Positions 8,706 through 18,478 of a stretch of DNA of 63,393 bases are shown one piece after another (positions within the stretch are counted from its first letter, which is position 1; each line of letters starts with the position of its first letter). This DNA comes from Candidatus Adlerbacteria bacterium (GTDB lineage Bacteria > Patescibacteriota > Minisyncoccia > Phycocordibacterales > SBAW01), in the NCBI GenBank assembly GCA_903878285.1, contig CAIRHB010000013.1:1-63393 (forward strand). The letters are read 5' to 3'. The position numbers were made by a program, and so were the translations under genes. The notes beneath the pieces were generated by a model. That model saw only the letters and a program-made list of their open reading frames with translations. It had not been told where the DNA came from and ran no database searches.

Positions 8706-9266
8706 ATGAGTATGGCTCATACAACATGGGACGAAGCTGCCGTGCTCTTGCGTGCAGGCAAGGTTGGTATTATCCCAACCGACACCGTCTATGGGCTCGT
8801 TGGCTCTGCCTTGTTGCCGGAGGTGGTAGAGCGAATGTACACAATCAAACAACACCGAGACAAAAAGCCGTATATTGTACTTATCTCATCATTTGATGCG
8901 TTGCGCGAATTTAATATCCAACTCTCACCGCGAATACTCGCGCCGTTCTCCGAAAACACGGAGACGCCGACAAGTATCATTCTTCCCTGCCAAAATCCAG
9001 CATATGCATACCTACATCGGGGGACGGAATCGATTGCATTTCGTATTCCCAACCATGTAACCCTCAAAACACTCCTCGAACAAACAGGGCCATTGGTAGC
9101 CCCAAGCGCGAACCCAAGCGGACTTCCAACGGCAAAGACAGTAACAGAAGCGCGAGAGTATTTCGGCGACACAGTAGATTTTTATGTCGACGGGGGCACG
9201 CTTGATAACCCACCATCGCGACTGTTGCGACTCCGCGAAGACGGCTCGACAGAAGTGTTGCGCTAG
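8706..9266 (+). CDS. tsaC: L-threonylcarbamoyladenylate synthase (YrdC/TsaC family)
   Basis: YrdC-type motifs: PTDTVYGL, KPYIVLI and PSANPSG. Length is 186 aa. Confidence 0.85.
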   Translation: MSMAHTTWDEAAVLLRAGKVGIIPTDTVYGLVGSALLPEVVERMYTIKQHRDKKPYIVLISSFDALREFNIQLSPRILAPFSENTETPTSIILPCQNPAYAYLHRGTESIAFRIPNHVTLKTLLEQTGPLVAPSANPSGLPTAKTVTEAREYFGDTVDFYVDGGTLDNPPSRLLRLREDGSTEVLR

Positions 9267-9305
9267 CAGGATGCGCAGAAAAATCGGGCGTGGTAGAGTA
9301 GCGCA

Positions 9306-10145
9306 ATGCTCACCACACTACAAGCAGCAATACTTGGAGTACTCCAAGGTGTCACTGAACTGTTTCCTATTTCAAGTCTCGGACACAGCGTCATCCTGCC
9401 TGGCCTGCTCGGCTGGCAGATTGATCAAGCGAGCGACTACTTCCTCCCGTTTCTGGTGCTCACGCACCTCGCGACGGCGCTCGTCTTGCTTGGCTTCTTT
9501 TGGCGTGATTGGCTCTACCTTATCCAAGGCGTGCTGCGCAGCTTCTTTACTCGCTCGCTCAAAGGCGACCCGTATGCAAAACTCGGCTGGATGCTCATCG
9601 TCGGCACCATCCCCGCAGGACTCTTGGGGCTCATCTTCCAAACCAAACTTGCTGCGCTCTTTGCCGACCCCAAAACAGTGGCGATATTTCTCGCGCTCAA
9701 CGGCATCTTGCTTGGCGCGATTGAGCTCCTGCGCCGCCGAGGGTCGCAGCTCTTTGCGGGGGGTGATGCACGCATCGCTCGGCTCTCCTTTCTCCAGACA
9801 CTCGGCGTGGGCACGATGCAAGCGCTCGCGCTGTTGCCCGGCTTCTCGCGCACAGGCGCGGCACTTGGTGGCGGGCTCGTGGCGGGCTTGGCGCACGAAG
9901 ATGCAGCGCGGTTCTCCTTCCTCCTCGCCACGCCAATCATCCTCGCTGCGGCAGTGCTCAAGGTGCCGCATATTTTGCACGCACCGTCGGCAACGCTTGT
10001 CCCCGCGCTTGTTGGCGCATTGTGCGCCGCGGTCGCCGCATTTTTCTCTGTCCGCTTTCTCACGCACTACTTCAAAACCAACACTCTGCTCCCTTTCGCG
10101 ATCTACTGCCTCCTCGCTGGCGTCGTGAGTTTTTTCTTGATGTAA
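9306..10145 (+). CDS. uppP: Undecaprenyl-diphosphate phosphatase
   Basis: BacA/UppP signature ELFPISSLGHS, a polytopic membrane profile and PGFSRTGA. Confidence 0.9.
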   Translation: MLTTLQAAILGVLQGVTELFPISSLGHSVILPGLLGWQIDQASDYFLPFLVLTHLATALVLLGFFWRDWLYLIQGVLRSFFTRSLKGDPYAKLGWMLIVGTIPAGLLGLIFQTKLAALFADPKTVAIFLALNGILLGAIELLRRRGSQLFAGGDARIARLSFLQTLGVGTMQALALLPGFSRTGAALGGGLVAGLAHEDAARFSFLLATPIILAAAVLKVPHILHAPSATLVPALVGALCAAVAAFFSVRFLTHYFKTNTLLPFAIYCLLAGVVSFFLM

Positions 10146-10169
10146 AAGGCTCCTGACACCTTTTTATTT

Positions 10170-10904
10170 TTACCGATGATCGATGTACGTCTTCGTATGC
10201 GGCGTGCCGGTGAGATGTATCCAAAAGAGGTTGATGGCATAACGGTAGCCGGTTTTTATGATCCCCTCTTTTTGCAAGCGGCGACCAGAGGTCAACATCG
10301 GTAGCGACCATGTCCACCGCACGCGACCCTGCGCGCTGATGCGCCGCGCAATGTCGGCATCTTCACCAAAGAAAGCTATCGAGGTATCAAACCCGCCCGC
10401 CTTGTCCCACGCGGCACGCTTCAAAATAAAATTGCCACCTTGGAGCATCGTCGCGCGGCTGGTCAGCGGCTGTGCTACCATATCAAAAAGATATCCAGGC
10501 AGATAAAATAATTTTACCCAAAGATTCTGCGACCACGACAGATCATAGTAGACATACGGGCCAGAAAGCGCCACGAGCCGCGCATCCCGCTCGAACACAT
10601 GTACAACCTCGGTGAGCCAGCCCTTCGGCATACGCGCATCGGCGTCGATGTTCGCCACAAAGTCGCTCTGTGTTGCATCCCATCCCGCCTTGCGCGCCCA
10701 CACGAGCCCCTTGCGGCTCTCATCCACTACACGCACACCTACGTACCTCTGCGCAACCTCTTTGGTTTTGTCGGTCGATGCATTGTTGACCACAATCACC
10801 TCCGCCTCCACTCCCGCGTGCGCAATCTCCGCGAGCACGCTCTCTAAACAAGCGCCAAGATAGCGCTCTTCGTTGTACGCCGGGATCACAATACTAATGG
10901 TCAT
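10170..10904 (-). CDS. Family 2 glycosyltransferase
   Basis: VIPAYNEE start, NNASTD and NIDADA (DxD-type) motifs. Length is 244 aa. Confidence 0.85.
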   Translation of the reverse strand: MTISIVIPAYNEERYLGACLESVLAEIAHAGVEAEVIVVNNASTDKTKEVAQRYVGVRVVDESRKGLVWARKAGWDATQSDFVANIDADARMPKGWLTEVVHVFERDARLVALSGPYVYYDLSWSQNLWVKLFYLPGYLFDMVAQPLTSRATMLQGGNFILKRAAWDKAGGFDTSIAFFGEDADIARRISAQGRVRWTWSLPMLTSGRRLQKEGIIKTGYRYAINLFWIHLTGTPHTKTYIDHR

Positions 10905-10954
10905 GGTGTCTCTGCAGAGAAAAAAGTTCTTGACACCTTTTTCACCTTTTCCAA

Positions 10955-11701
10955 TTAAATCGTCTCAAGTCGCTTCCCGACTGTTGCCGAAAGCTTGTTG
11001 TACGCGTAGTAGATGCACGCCGTCGCGACCACGGCAGCGACAATAAAGTACTCGGCGTTTTGCACATACTTGGCAACGCTCGTGTACGCCTGCCCAAAGT
11101 AGTAGCCAAGTAAGACAAACAGCAGCACCTTCGGTAAAATAATCGACAAGCAGACCGATGTAAACTTTTTAATCGGCATGCGCACTGCGCCGACCATCAT
11201 AAGCCCTGGCGTGGCGATGCCAGTTGTCTTGATCACCAACAGCGTCTTGCCCGGATGCGTGCGCAGCAAGCGCTCGAGTTTTTTCATGCGCTCTTTGGAC
11301 ATACCAAAACGGTGACCGTACTTCTCAACAAAGGCTACACGACTGATGTAGCCGACCGCGTAGTAAGCAACGTCGCCCACAATATCGCCGAGGATCGCGA
11401 GCAGAAAGACAACGAAAATATCAAAGTAGCCGAGCGACGCACCAAACGCAGCAGCCGCGGTAATCATCGGCCCCTCGAGCACCATGCCGACAAACATCAC
11501 CACATAGCCACCCGCGATGACATAGGCGAGCGCGCCGTCAAATGATCCGCCAGAGCCTACTGCAGCAAGGTTGGCGTTAGCTGAAACGATGCTCGGTGTG
11601 ACACTACCAAACAGCGGCTGCCCTGCAGCAAACTGCAACCCCGCGAACACTAATACCGCTGACACCAGCACAGTCTTGCAAAAAGATATATGTAACTTCA
11701 T
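10955..11701 (-). CDS. DedA/VTT-domain membrane protein
   Basis: The ATG at 11701 gives a polytopic protein with a DedA-like core (VGMVLEGPMIT...GDIVGDVAYYAVGY). The upstream extension of the ORF is non-protein-like. Confidence 0.75.
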   Translation of the reverse strand: MKLHISFCKTVLVSAVLVFAGLQFAAGQPLFGSVTPSIVSANANLAAVGSGGSFDGALAYVIAGGYVVMFVGMVLEGPMITAAAAFGASLGYFDIFVVFLLAILGDIVGDVAYYAVGYISRVAFVEKYGHRFGMSKERMKKLERLLRTHPGKTLLVIKTTGIATPGLMMVGAVRMPIKKFTSVCLSIILPKVLLFVLLGYYFGQAYTSVAKYVQNAEYFIVAAVVATACIYYAYNKLSATVGKRLETI

Positions 11702-11713
11702 ACTGGTTAGTAT

Positions 11714-13090
11714 ATGACGTTTTTTAATAGACCGCCAAAACCAGGTGTGGAAAAGAGAGCACCTACGAGAGTTGAGAAGACGGCAGCAGTGGAGACCGCA
11801 GAGACCGCACCTAATGTCATCACCCTGCCCCACGCAGATGCAGCGATAACACTATATAAAGAGTATCTTGCGGGACAATCTGCTAAAGCAGAGCGTGCAC
11901 AAGAAGACGCTGCCGAGTTGCAAGAAGTGTTCAACACCTATGTTGAGCAAGCGCTCGCACGGACAGAGGTGTATGAATCGAAAGAGCTTGGCGTCTCGTT
12001 TCCCTCCAGTTCGGTCAATATCGCCGAGTTAGCAAAGGCGCTGTATAAAAAGAAAACGGGAGAAGATTCAGAGATCAATGAGGCAAGGATGCCGAGAGAA
12101 ACACTAGCGCAAAAGAAATTTGTGTTTGGCTCGGCTCTGGGGCCAGCCGATGGCGACCCATTTATGTTTGCCGAGGAGACAATGCACGAAATCGTCACGC
12201 GATTGCCGCAGGCACTGAAGGATCTGCAAGAAGGGCGAGAACCCGAACCGTTTGAGGTATACACCGCGGGCATGCCAACCAACACACTCGGACATATCTC
12301 GCCTGAGTTTCTTGCACAGATACAGGCCGACCCTGTTGATGCTATGTCGGATATGTATGCAGAATTTATGCAGTCGAAACTACCCGAAACGAACACTACC
12401 CCCAGCGACGTGCAACAAATAGTCCAGATATACGGCATATCAATGGGAGCGGGATTTTCTGCACGAGCAGGCGAAAAGCTGCTGGAGCGCGGACAAGCAA
12501 CGCAAGATTTCAAACAGGCGCAGACGAAACACCTGCCCTATCTACAAATCAAGGCAATGGTGCCAGTAAGCTTGAGCGAATCGGATACAAAGAGACAAAT
12601 ATACCCTGGGTTTGTTGCTGATGGTGCGTACAACATGTTTACAAACCCCGCAGTCAAAAAGATTGGCGCAGGAATACCCGCCTTCCAAAAAGCAGCCAGC
12701 AGCGCATTAGCTAAAAAAAATATTCACGAGCAAATGGAGAATGGAGAAAAAGAGCGGAAAAGCGAAGCACTGAAAAAGATTATTTTCAACCTACATCACG
12801 AAATCTCGCTCAACCCAGATACCAAAATAACCACAGTGTCTGGACTCTATGACCTTACCTCCTACACATCAGAGTTTAACTTGCGGGCAATCGACCATCG
12901 AGAGTCCACAGATGGAAGTTCGCTGGGGCGAGCGCTTGTATCCAACACAACAGGCGAACACACAAACCGGAGGGATTTTAGTGCCGAGATGGGGCACACG
13001 ATCCCCTTCTTTCGCGAAAGCGAATTCAGACGAATGGAAGCAACAGCAAAGAGTATGCAAAATCTGAGAAATACAGAACGAGCGGCGTAG
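11714..13090 (+). CDS. Hypothetical protein with a GxSxG nucleophile-elbow motif (possible alpha/beta hydrolase)
   Basis: 458-aa ORF that is visibly AT-richer than its neighbours. GISMGAG is followed later by D (GLYDLT) and GH (EMGHTIPFF) in Ser-Asp-His order. No signal peptide. No family recognised. Confidence 0.6.
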   Translation: MTFFNRPPKPGVEKRAPTRVEKTAAVETAETAPNVITLPHADAAITLYKEYLAGQSAKAERAQEDAAELQEVFNTYVEQALARTEVYESKELGVSFPSSSVNIAELAKALYKKKTGEDSEINEARMPRETLAQKKFVFGSALGPADGDPFMFAEETMHEIVTRLPQALKDLQEGREPEPFEVYTAGMPTNTLGHISPEFLAQIQADPVDAMSDMYAEFMQSKLPETNTTPSDVQQIVQIYGISMGAGFSARAGEKLLERGQATQDFKQAQTKHLPYLQIKAMVPVSLSESDTKRQIYPGFVADGAYNMFTNPAVKKIGAGIPAFQKAASSALAKKNIHEQMENGEKERKSEALKKIIFNLHHEISLNPDTKITTVSGLYDLTSYTSEFNLRAIDHRESTDGSSLGRALVSNTTGEHTNRRDFSAEMGHTIPFFRESEFRRMEATAKSMQNLRNTERAA

Positions 13091-13097
13091 CATCAAC

Positions 13098-14273
13098 CTA
13101 TCTTGTATCTACCACCTTGGTATAAATCTTTTCCCACTCACTCACGACAGCTTGGACAGAAAACTTGCGGGCGAAGGCGGCGGCGTTTGCGCCGAAGCGT
13201 TTGCGCTTTTTCTCGTCGGTTAGCAATGCTTCCAACTGTTTTGCCATCTGATAATGATCATCTCGCTCGAAGAGAGACCCGCGCTCGGCGTTGAGATACT
13301 CGGGTATCGCACCCCAGCGCACCCCGACTGCCGAGAGCCCCGCTGCAAATGCCTGAATGAGCGACATACTCTGCGTCTCCGACACGCTCGCGATTGCATA
13401 GACGTCTGACGCATGATACAGCTCGGCGACCTCCTGTTTGGTGAGTGTCCCAAGAAAGCGCACGCGGTCACGTACCCCAAGTTCGCGCGCAAGCACCTTC
13501 ATCTCGCCTTCAAAGCTACCATGCCCGCCAAAGGCAAGCATCGCATCTGGCACCTTACGCAAGAGCTCTGCGAATGCGCGCAACACCACGTCGTTCTTCT
13601 TCTCTGGCGCGATACGTCCGACACAAGCAACCACTTTGCCATCGAGCCCGAACTTTTTTCGCGCATACTCACGCTCGCCTTGTGCGGCAGGAGTAAAGGT
13701 GTCTGTGTCGATAGGATTTGAGACGGCCGTGTACGGTTTTATAAATCCACCAGCCTCTTTTTTAGTGAGGACAAAGGTCGACGGCGCAGTAATGAAATCG
13801 AAGCGATTATAAAACCAAGTGACCCACCACACTGTCGCACGACGAAACACTTGCTCAAAGAACCAGTGGATACAGTCGGCGAACTCAGCGATTGCCCAGT
13901 GGTCAGTACCGATAAGCGGTGTGCGCGACCGCTTGGCAACACGCATCCCGCGAAAACCGATGCAGATAAATGAGTGCACGTGGATTACATCATAGGTTGC
14001 GGTACCAATAGAGAAAAAAGGTGTTGCCACTCTCGATTGCAACGACGAGCTCGGGAACCCGAATGAAAACACTCGGCGAATATGCACGTTTTCTCCCAAG
14101 TCAATTTCGCGAAAGGGCAACCCAACGAAGATAAAATTTTCTTTACTGGGGCGTGGCGCCCAGATGTCAACTTTATGCCCACGTCGACCGAGCTCACGTG
14201 CGAGCTCGGCAACACTGTCCTGTATCCCACCAAGCTCGGGGTAAAAATGGTCAGTAAAGATACCAATACGCAT
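13098..14273 (-). CDS. Family 4 (GT-B) glycosyltransferase
   Basis: MRIGIFTDHFYPELGGI N-terminus and the C-terminal GT4 motif SETQSMSLIQAFAAG. Confidence 0.85.
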   Translation of the reverse strand: MRIGIFTDHFYPELGGIQDSVAELARELGRRGHKVDIWAPRPSKENFIFVGLPFREIDLGENVHIRRVFSFGFPSSSLQSRVATPFFSIGTATYDVIHVHSFICIGFRGMRVAKRSRTPLIGTDHWAIAEFADCIHWFFEQVFRRATVWWVTWFYNRFDFITAPSTFVLTKKEAGGFIKPYTAVSNPIDTDTFTPAAQGEREYARKKFGLDGKVVACVGRIAPEKKNDVVLRAFAELLRKVPDAMLAFGGHGSFEGEMKVLARELGVRDRVRFLGTLTKQEVAELYHASDVYAIASVSETQSMSLIQAFAAGLSAVGVRWGAIPEYLNAERGSLFERDDHYQMAKQLEALLTDEKKRKRFGANAAAFARKFSVQAVVSEWEKIYTKVVDTR

Positions 14274-14278
14274 AGAGA

Positions 14279-14923
14279 TTACTCGTGCAAGTCAAATATC
14301 TCGCTTGGTGGCAACTCTGCGTCAACAACCTCTTTGTCGCGCAAAAACCTCTGGCGCATACGGCGGCTGATGATGTAGTACCCCGTCGCGACGATGGCCA
14401 CCCCTGCGAGCGCATACTGGAAGTGGCTGAGGATGGTCGAGATCTTACCACCAAGCGCATTGCCAAAGTAGTAGCCGAGCACGAGCAGGACGCCGTACTG
14501 GAGTATCGCAACCAAGGCACCATAGGCGAAAAAGCGTGTGAGCGACATGCGCACCGTCCCCGCAGCCACAATAAAACTGGAGGCGATGCCGTAGGAGAGC
14601 TTGCCAAAGAACATCGTTTCGCCCGCATGCTTTTCCCACAGGATGCGGATCTCCTCCATATGCTCTGGCCGCACACCGATCTTATGCATCAATTTTTGCG
14701 CCAGTTGTGTCCGCCCGCCAAAGTAGCCGAGCGCATAGTAGCCGGAATCCATCACCAGGTCGCGGATAAAAAAGAATAGCCCGAGCGCGTAGAGGTTAAA
14801 GTAACCCGATGCGGCGAGCGTCCCTGCCGCAAAAGCAACGATGGGTCCCTCTAACATCGAAAGTGGGATAAGCACCCAATAGCGATAGTCGAGAATCAGC
14901 TGCGTAATGCTCCCCACATCCAT
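14279..14923 (-). CDS. DedA/VTT-domain membrane protein (second paralog)
   Basis: The ATG at 14923 gives the DedA-like core LSMLEGPIVAFAAG...RDLVMDSGYYALGY. Confidence 0.75.
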   Translation of the reverse strand: MDVGSITQLILDYRYWVLIPLSMLEGPIVAFAAGTLAASGYFNLYALGLFFFIRDLVMDSGYYALGYFGGRTQLAQKLMHKIGVRPEHMEEIRILWEKHAGETMFFGKLSYGIASSFIVAAGTVRMSLTRFFAYGALVAILQYGVLLVLGYYFGNALGGKISTILSHFQYALAGVAIVATGYYIISRRMRQRFLRDKEVVDAELPPSEIFDLHE

Positions 14924-15005
14924 GCTTGCCAGTATACAGGCATCCGAGGAGTTTTCCACTGCTGATAACCTGTTGACGAAATGTATTCGGGAGTATACTA
15001 GTGTC

Positions 15006-15371
15006 ATGGACGCTCTCTCACAGCTGCCGCACCATACTATAGATACCACGCGGCCATGGGGCGGCTTTGAGCAGTTCACCCTCAACGAGCCGACGACGGT
15101 CAAAATTCTTACCGTGCGGGCGGGCGAGGCGTTTAGCAAGCAAACACACGCGCAGCGCGATGAGTTTTGGCGCATCCTCTCTGGCAACGGCAGCATCACG
15201 GTTGGAGATACTGAACACACCGCGCACGCGGGCGACTCCTACTTCATCAAACGAGGCACGATACACCGCGCGCAGGGCGGCAGCGAAGATTTACAGATAC
15301 TCGAAATCGCATTCGGCACCTTTGACGAAGGCGACATTACTCGGCTCGCTGACAACTACGGCCGCGTATGA
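15006..15371 (+). CDS. Cupin-fold protein, mannose-6-phosphate isomerase type II-like
   Basis: PWGGFEQF...KILTV..GEAFSKQTHAQRDEFW...G cupin motifs. TTGACG-N15-TATACT-N6-ATG lies immediately upstream. Confidence 0.65.
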   Translation: MDALSQLPHHTIDTTRPWGGFEQFTLNEPTTVKILTVRAGEAFSKQTHAQRDEFWRILSGNGSITVGDTEHTAHAGDSYFIKRGTIHRAQGGSEDLQILEIAFGTFDEGDITRLADNYGRV

Positions 15372-16510
15372 CCTCACTCTTTGTTGGTCTTGCCCTGTTC
15401 GCACTCTTCTCTTTATTCCTGCAGAAACGTGCTGGTCGAACACCCGCGCAGCAGCAAGAAGACCTGCGGCAGCTTCTTGAGCGCTTTGCCGAAAACCCAG
15501 TGCTGCGCCCCGACCCCGACCACTGGTGGGAGTCCGAGGCGGTACTCAACCCAGCGGCAGTATACGCTGGCGGTCGGGTGCATCTCTTTTACCGCGCGAT
15601 GGGCAAGGACGGCATGTCGCGACTCGGATACGCATGGAGCACCGATGGTATCCATTTTGAGCGGCTGCCCTACCCCGTGTTCGAGCACGAAAACGTCGCT
15701 CGCGCACGCTCACACTATCCGAACACCTCGCCTGCGCGGCTCACCTACGATACCATCAACAACGAGTCTGGCGGCGGCTGGGGCGGATGCGAGGACCCGC
15801 GTGGCGTAGTAATCGACGACCGCGTCTATCTCACCTTCAACATGTTTAATGGTTGGGACTCGATGCGTGTCGCGTACACAAGCATCGCGGTCGACGACTT
15901 ACTCGCGCAGCGCTGGGCATGGGACAAGAGCGCCTACCTGTGCCGAGACAATCGCCAAAAAAACTGGGTGCTCTTTCCCGAAAAAATCAATGGCAAGTTT
16001 GCACTCTTCTATAATCTCGACAAGGGCGACCCAACGCGCGTCCACATCGCCTACCTCGACAATCTGGATATGAAAGAGACTCCTGGCCCCGACGAGGCGC
16101 TCGACCCGCACAAACTCCCCGACCATGTGGTGGCATGGCACCATCGCACACGCAGCGCCGCCACGCCACCAGTCAAGACAAAGTACGGTTGGTTACTCTT
16201 CTATCACGCAATGGACAAAGACGACCCCGACCGTTACAAACTCGGCGTGATGCTGCTCGACCTTGCCGACCCGACCAAAGTCCTTCTGCGCGCGTCGAAG
16301 CCGATTCTCGAGCCAGATGCGTGGTATGAAAATGACTGGAAGCCTGGCATCATCTACGCCACCGGAGCAGTCGCGGTTGATGATGACTTATTTATCTACT
16401 ACGGCGGCGGAGATAAATATATCGCAGCAGTGAAGACTAGCTTACCAGCTTTCCTTAATGCGCTGAAAACTCACCAACAACCGTCCGTATCATTATTTAT
16501 CAATAAGTAG
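15368..16510 (+). CDS. GH130-family (DUF377) beta-mannoside phosphorylase/transferase-like protein with an N-terminal TM helix
   Basis: N-terminal hydrophobic helix. GH130 hallmarks: NPAAV, LFYRAMG and GGCEDPRGV. The start overlaps the cupin stop (ATGA). Confidence 0.75.
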   Translation: MTSLFVGLALFALFSLFLQKRAGRTPAQQQEDLRQLLERFAENPVLRPDPDHWWESEAVLNPAAVYAGGRVHLFYRAMGKDGMSRLGYAWSTDGIHFERLPYPVFEHENVARARSHYPNTSPARLTYDTINNESGGGWGGCEDPRGVVIDDRVYLTFNMFNGWDSMRVAYTSIAVDDLLAQRWAWDKSAYLCRDNRQKNWVLFPEKINGKFALFYNLDKGDPTRVHIAYLDNLDMKETPGPDEALDPHKLPDHVVAWHHRTRSAATPPVKTKYGWLLFYHAMDKDDPDRYKLGVMLLDLADPTKVLLRASKPILEPDAWYENDWKPGIIYATGAVAVDDDLFIYYGGGDKYIAAVKTSLPAFLNALKTHQQPSVSLFINK

Positions 16511-16526
16511 ATTCTCTAGAAACCAC

Positions 16527-18458
16527 ATGTACGTCATCAAACGATCACCGAACAATCCGCTCATCGCTCCGACCGCTGGCAAGTCGTGGGAAGCGCGTGG
16601 CACCTTCAACGGCTGCCCCGTCATACACGGTAAGAAGATTTGTCTGCTATACCGTGCACTCGGCGCCCCCGACGCGCTCATGGTGCCAGGAGGGCTATCG
16701 ACCATCGGGCGTGCCTACTCAGCCGACGGCGAGCACTTTCACGACAGGCGACAATTTATCACTCCTGCCGAGGAGTGGGACAGGTACGGCTGCGAGGATC
16801 CACGCGTCACCTACTTCGAAGGACAATTTGTTATTTTTTACACCGCGCTCGGCGGCGTGCCGTTTGGTGCTGGCAATATCAAAGTCGCGGTTGCATTGTC
16901 GAAAGACCTCGAGACGGTAACCGAGCGACACCTCGTAACGCCGTTTAATGCTAAGGCGATGGCGCTCTTCCCTGAGCGTATCGACGGCAAGATTACCGCC
17001 GTCTTTACAATAGACACCGATGTACCACCCAAACCCGCACGCATCGCCATTGCACAGTGTGAAAAACTAGAGGAGCTATGGAGCTTGGACTTCTGGGAAC
17101 AATGGCATGCAGATCTCGATCAGCATATTATCAACCCACTACGTAGTGACCAAGATCATATCGAAGTCGGCACACCGCCCATTAAGACCAAAGACGGCTG
17201 GCTCCTTTTGTACTCCTACTTCCAAGACTACTATTCGGGCGAGGAGCACCGCATGGTCGGGATCGAAGGTATGTTGCTCGACCTCAACGAGCCGACGACG
17301 ATTATCGCCAAGACGCACGGCCCGATGCTAGGGCCCGAGGAGATCTACGAGCGGTATGGCATCGTGCCGAACGTTGTCTTTCCTTCAGGTGCCTTAGTCG
17401 AGAAAAACCGTGTCGACCTCTACTACGGTGCCGCCGACACTGTCTGCGCCAAAGCGTCGTTCCATCTGCCTGATATGCTCGCGTCGATGATCCCCGCTCG
17501 TCGTGGCGCACTTGTCGAGCGAGCGAAAGGCAACCCCATTCTCCAGCCGCTTGCCGAACATTCGTGGGAAAGTCGCGCAGTGTTTAACCCTGGAGCAATC
17601 GAAATCGACGACACCATCCACCTGCTGTACCGCGCGATGTCACAGGACAATACCTCGGTCATCGGCTATGCCGCGAGCAAGGACGGCACCAAGATCTCCG
17701 AACGGGATGCCGAGCCAGCATATGTGCCGCGCGAGGAGTTCGAGCAAAAGCGTGGTGGCATAAACAACAACTCTGGCTGTGAAGACCCGCGGATTACTCG
17801 CATCGGGAACACGGTGTACATGGCATACACCGCCTACGACGGCACGCACGCCCCGCGCGCGGCACTCACGTCAATCAGTGTGAAAGACTTTCTCGCGAAG
17901 CGCTGGAACGCGTGGCAAAAGCCGGTGCTTATCACCCCCGACGACCACGACGACAAAGACACATGCATCTTCCCCGAGAAGGTCGATGGCAAGTACTTAA
18001 TCCTTCACCGCATCAGCCCACAGATCTGCGCCGACCTCCTCGACTCGCTCGACTTTACTAAGAACCGAATTTCGCGCTGCATCGAGCTGCTTGAGCCGCG
18101 CCCTGGATTCTGGGACAGTCAAAAGGTGGGTATCGGCGGTGTGCCAATTAAGACCGAGAGAGGCTGGCTGCTTATCTATCACGGCGTATCAAAGTCGAGC
18201 ACCTACCGGCTCGGCGCCGCACTCTTTGACCTCGATAACCCGACGATGCTTATCGCCCGCACTGTTGACCCCATCTTCGAACCACGCGAGCAGTACGAGC
18301 GCGACGGGCAGATCCACAACGTGGTCTTTACTTGCGGTGCGGTCGCGCGCAAAGACACCATCTATATCTACTATGGTGGCGCTGATACGTGCATCGGCGT
18401 CGCTAAGGTGTCGCTCAACAAACTGCTTGCCATGCTCCTGCCTGCCGATCTCAAGTAA
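16527..18458 (+). CDS. Tandem double GH130-domain protein
   Basis: There are two complete GH130-like halves. The first carries LLYRALG and GCEDPRVTYF. The second carries NPILQP, LLYRAMS and GCEDPRITRI. Confidence 0.75.
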   Translation: MYVIKRSPNNPLIAPTAGKSWEARGTFNGCPVIHGKKICLLYRALGAPDALMVPGGLSTIGRAYSADGEHFHDRRQFITPAEEWDRYGCEDPRVTYFEGQFVIFYTALGGVPFGAGNIKVAVALSKDLETVTERHLVTPFNAKAMALFPERIDGKITAVFTIDTDVPPKPARIAIAQCEKLEELWSLDFWEQWHADLDQHIINPLRSDQDHIEVGTPPIKTKDGWLLLYSYFQDYYSGEEHRMVGIEGMLLDLNEPTTIIAKTHGPMLGPEEIYERYGIVPNVVFPSGALVEKNRVDLYYGAADTVCAKASFHLPDMLASMIPARRGALVERAKGNPILQPLAEHSWESRAVFNPGAIEIDDTIHLLYRAMSQDNTSVIGYAASKDGTKISERDAEPAYVPREEFEQKRGGINNNSGCEDPRITRIGNTVYMAYTAYDGTHAPRAALTSISVKDFLAKRWNAWQKPVLITPDDHDDKDTCIFPEKVDGKYLILHRISPQICADLLDSLDFTKNRISRCIELLEPRPGFWDSQKVGIGGVPIKTERGWLLIYHGVSKSSTYRLGAALFDLDNPTMLIARTVDPIFEPREQYERDGQIHNVVFTCGAVARKDTIYIYYGGADTCIGVAKVSLNKLLAMLLPADLK

Positions 18459-18478
18459 CCTACACAACAACACCATCC

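Noticed and set aside
9184-10128. A 314-aa ORF in an alternative frame over uppP, plus the antisense ORFs 9372-10067 and 9515-10063.
   Set aside because: Their composition is Ser/Arg/Cys-rich junk. The uppP frame carries the BacA signature.
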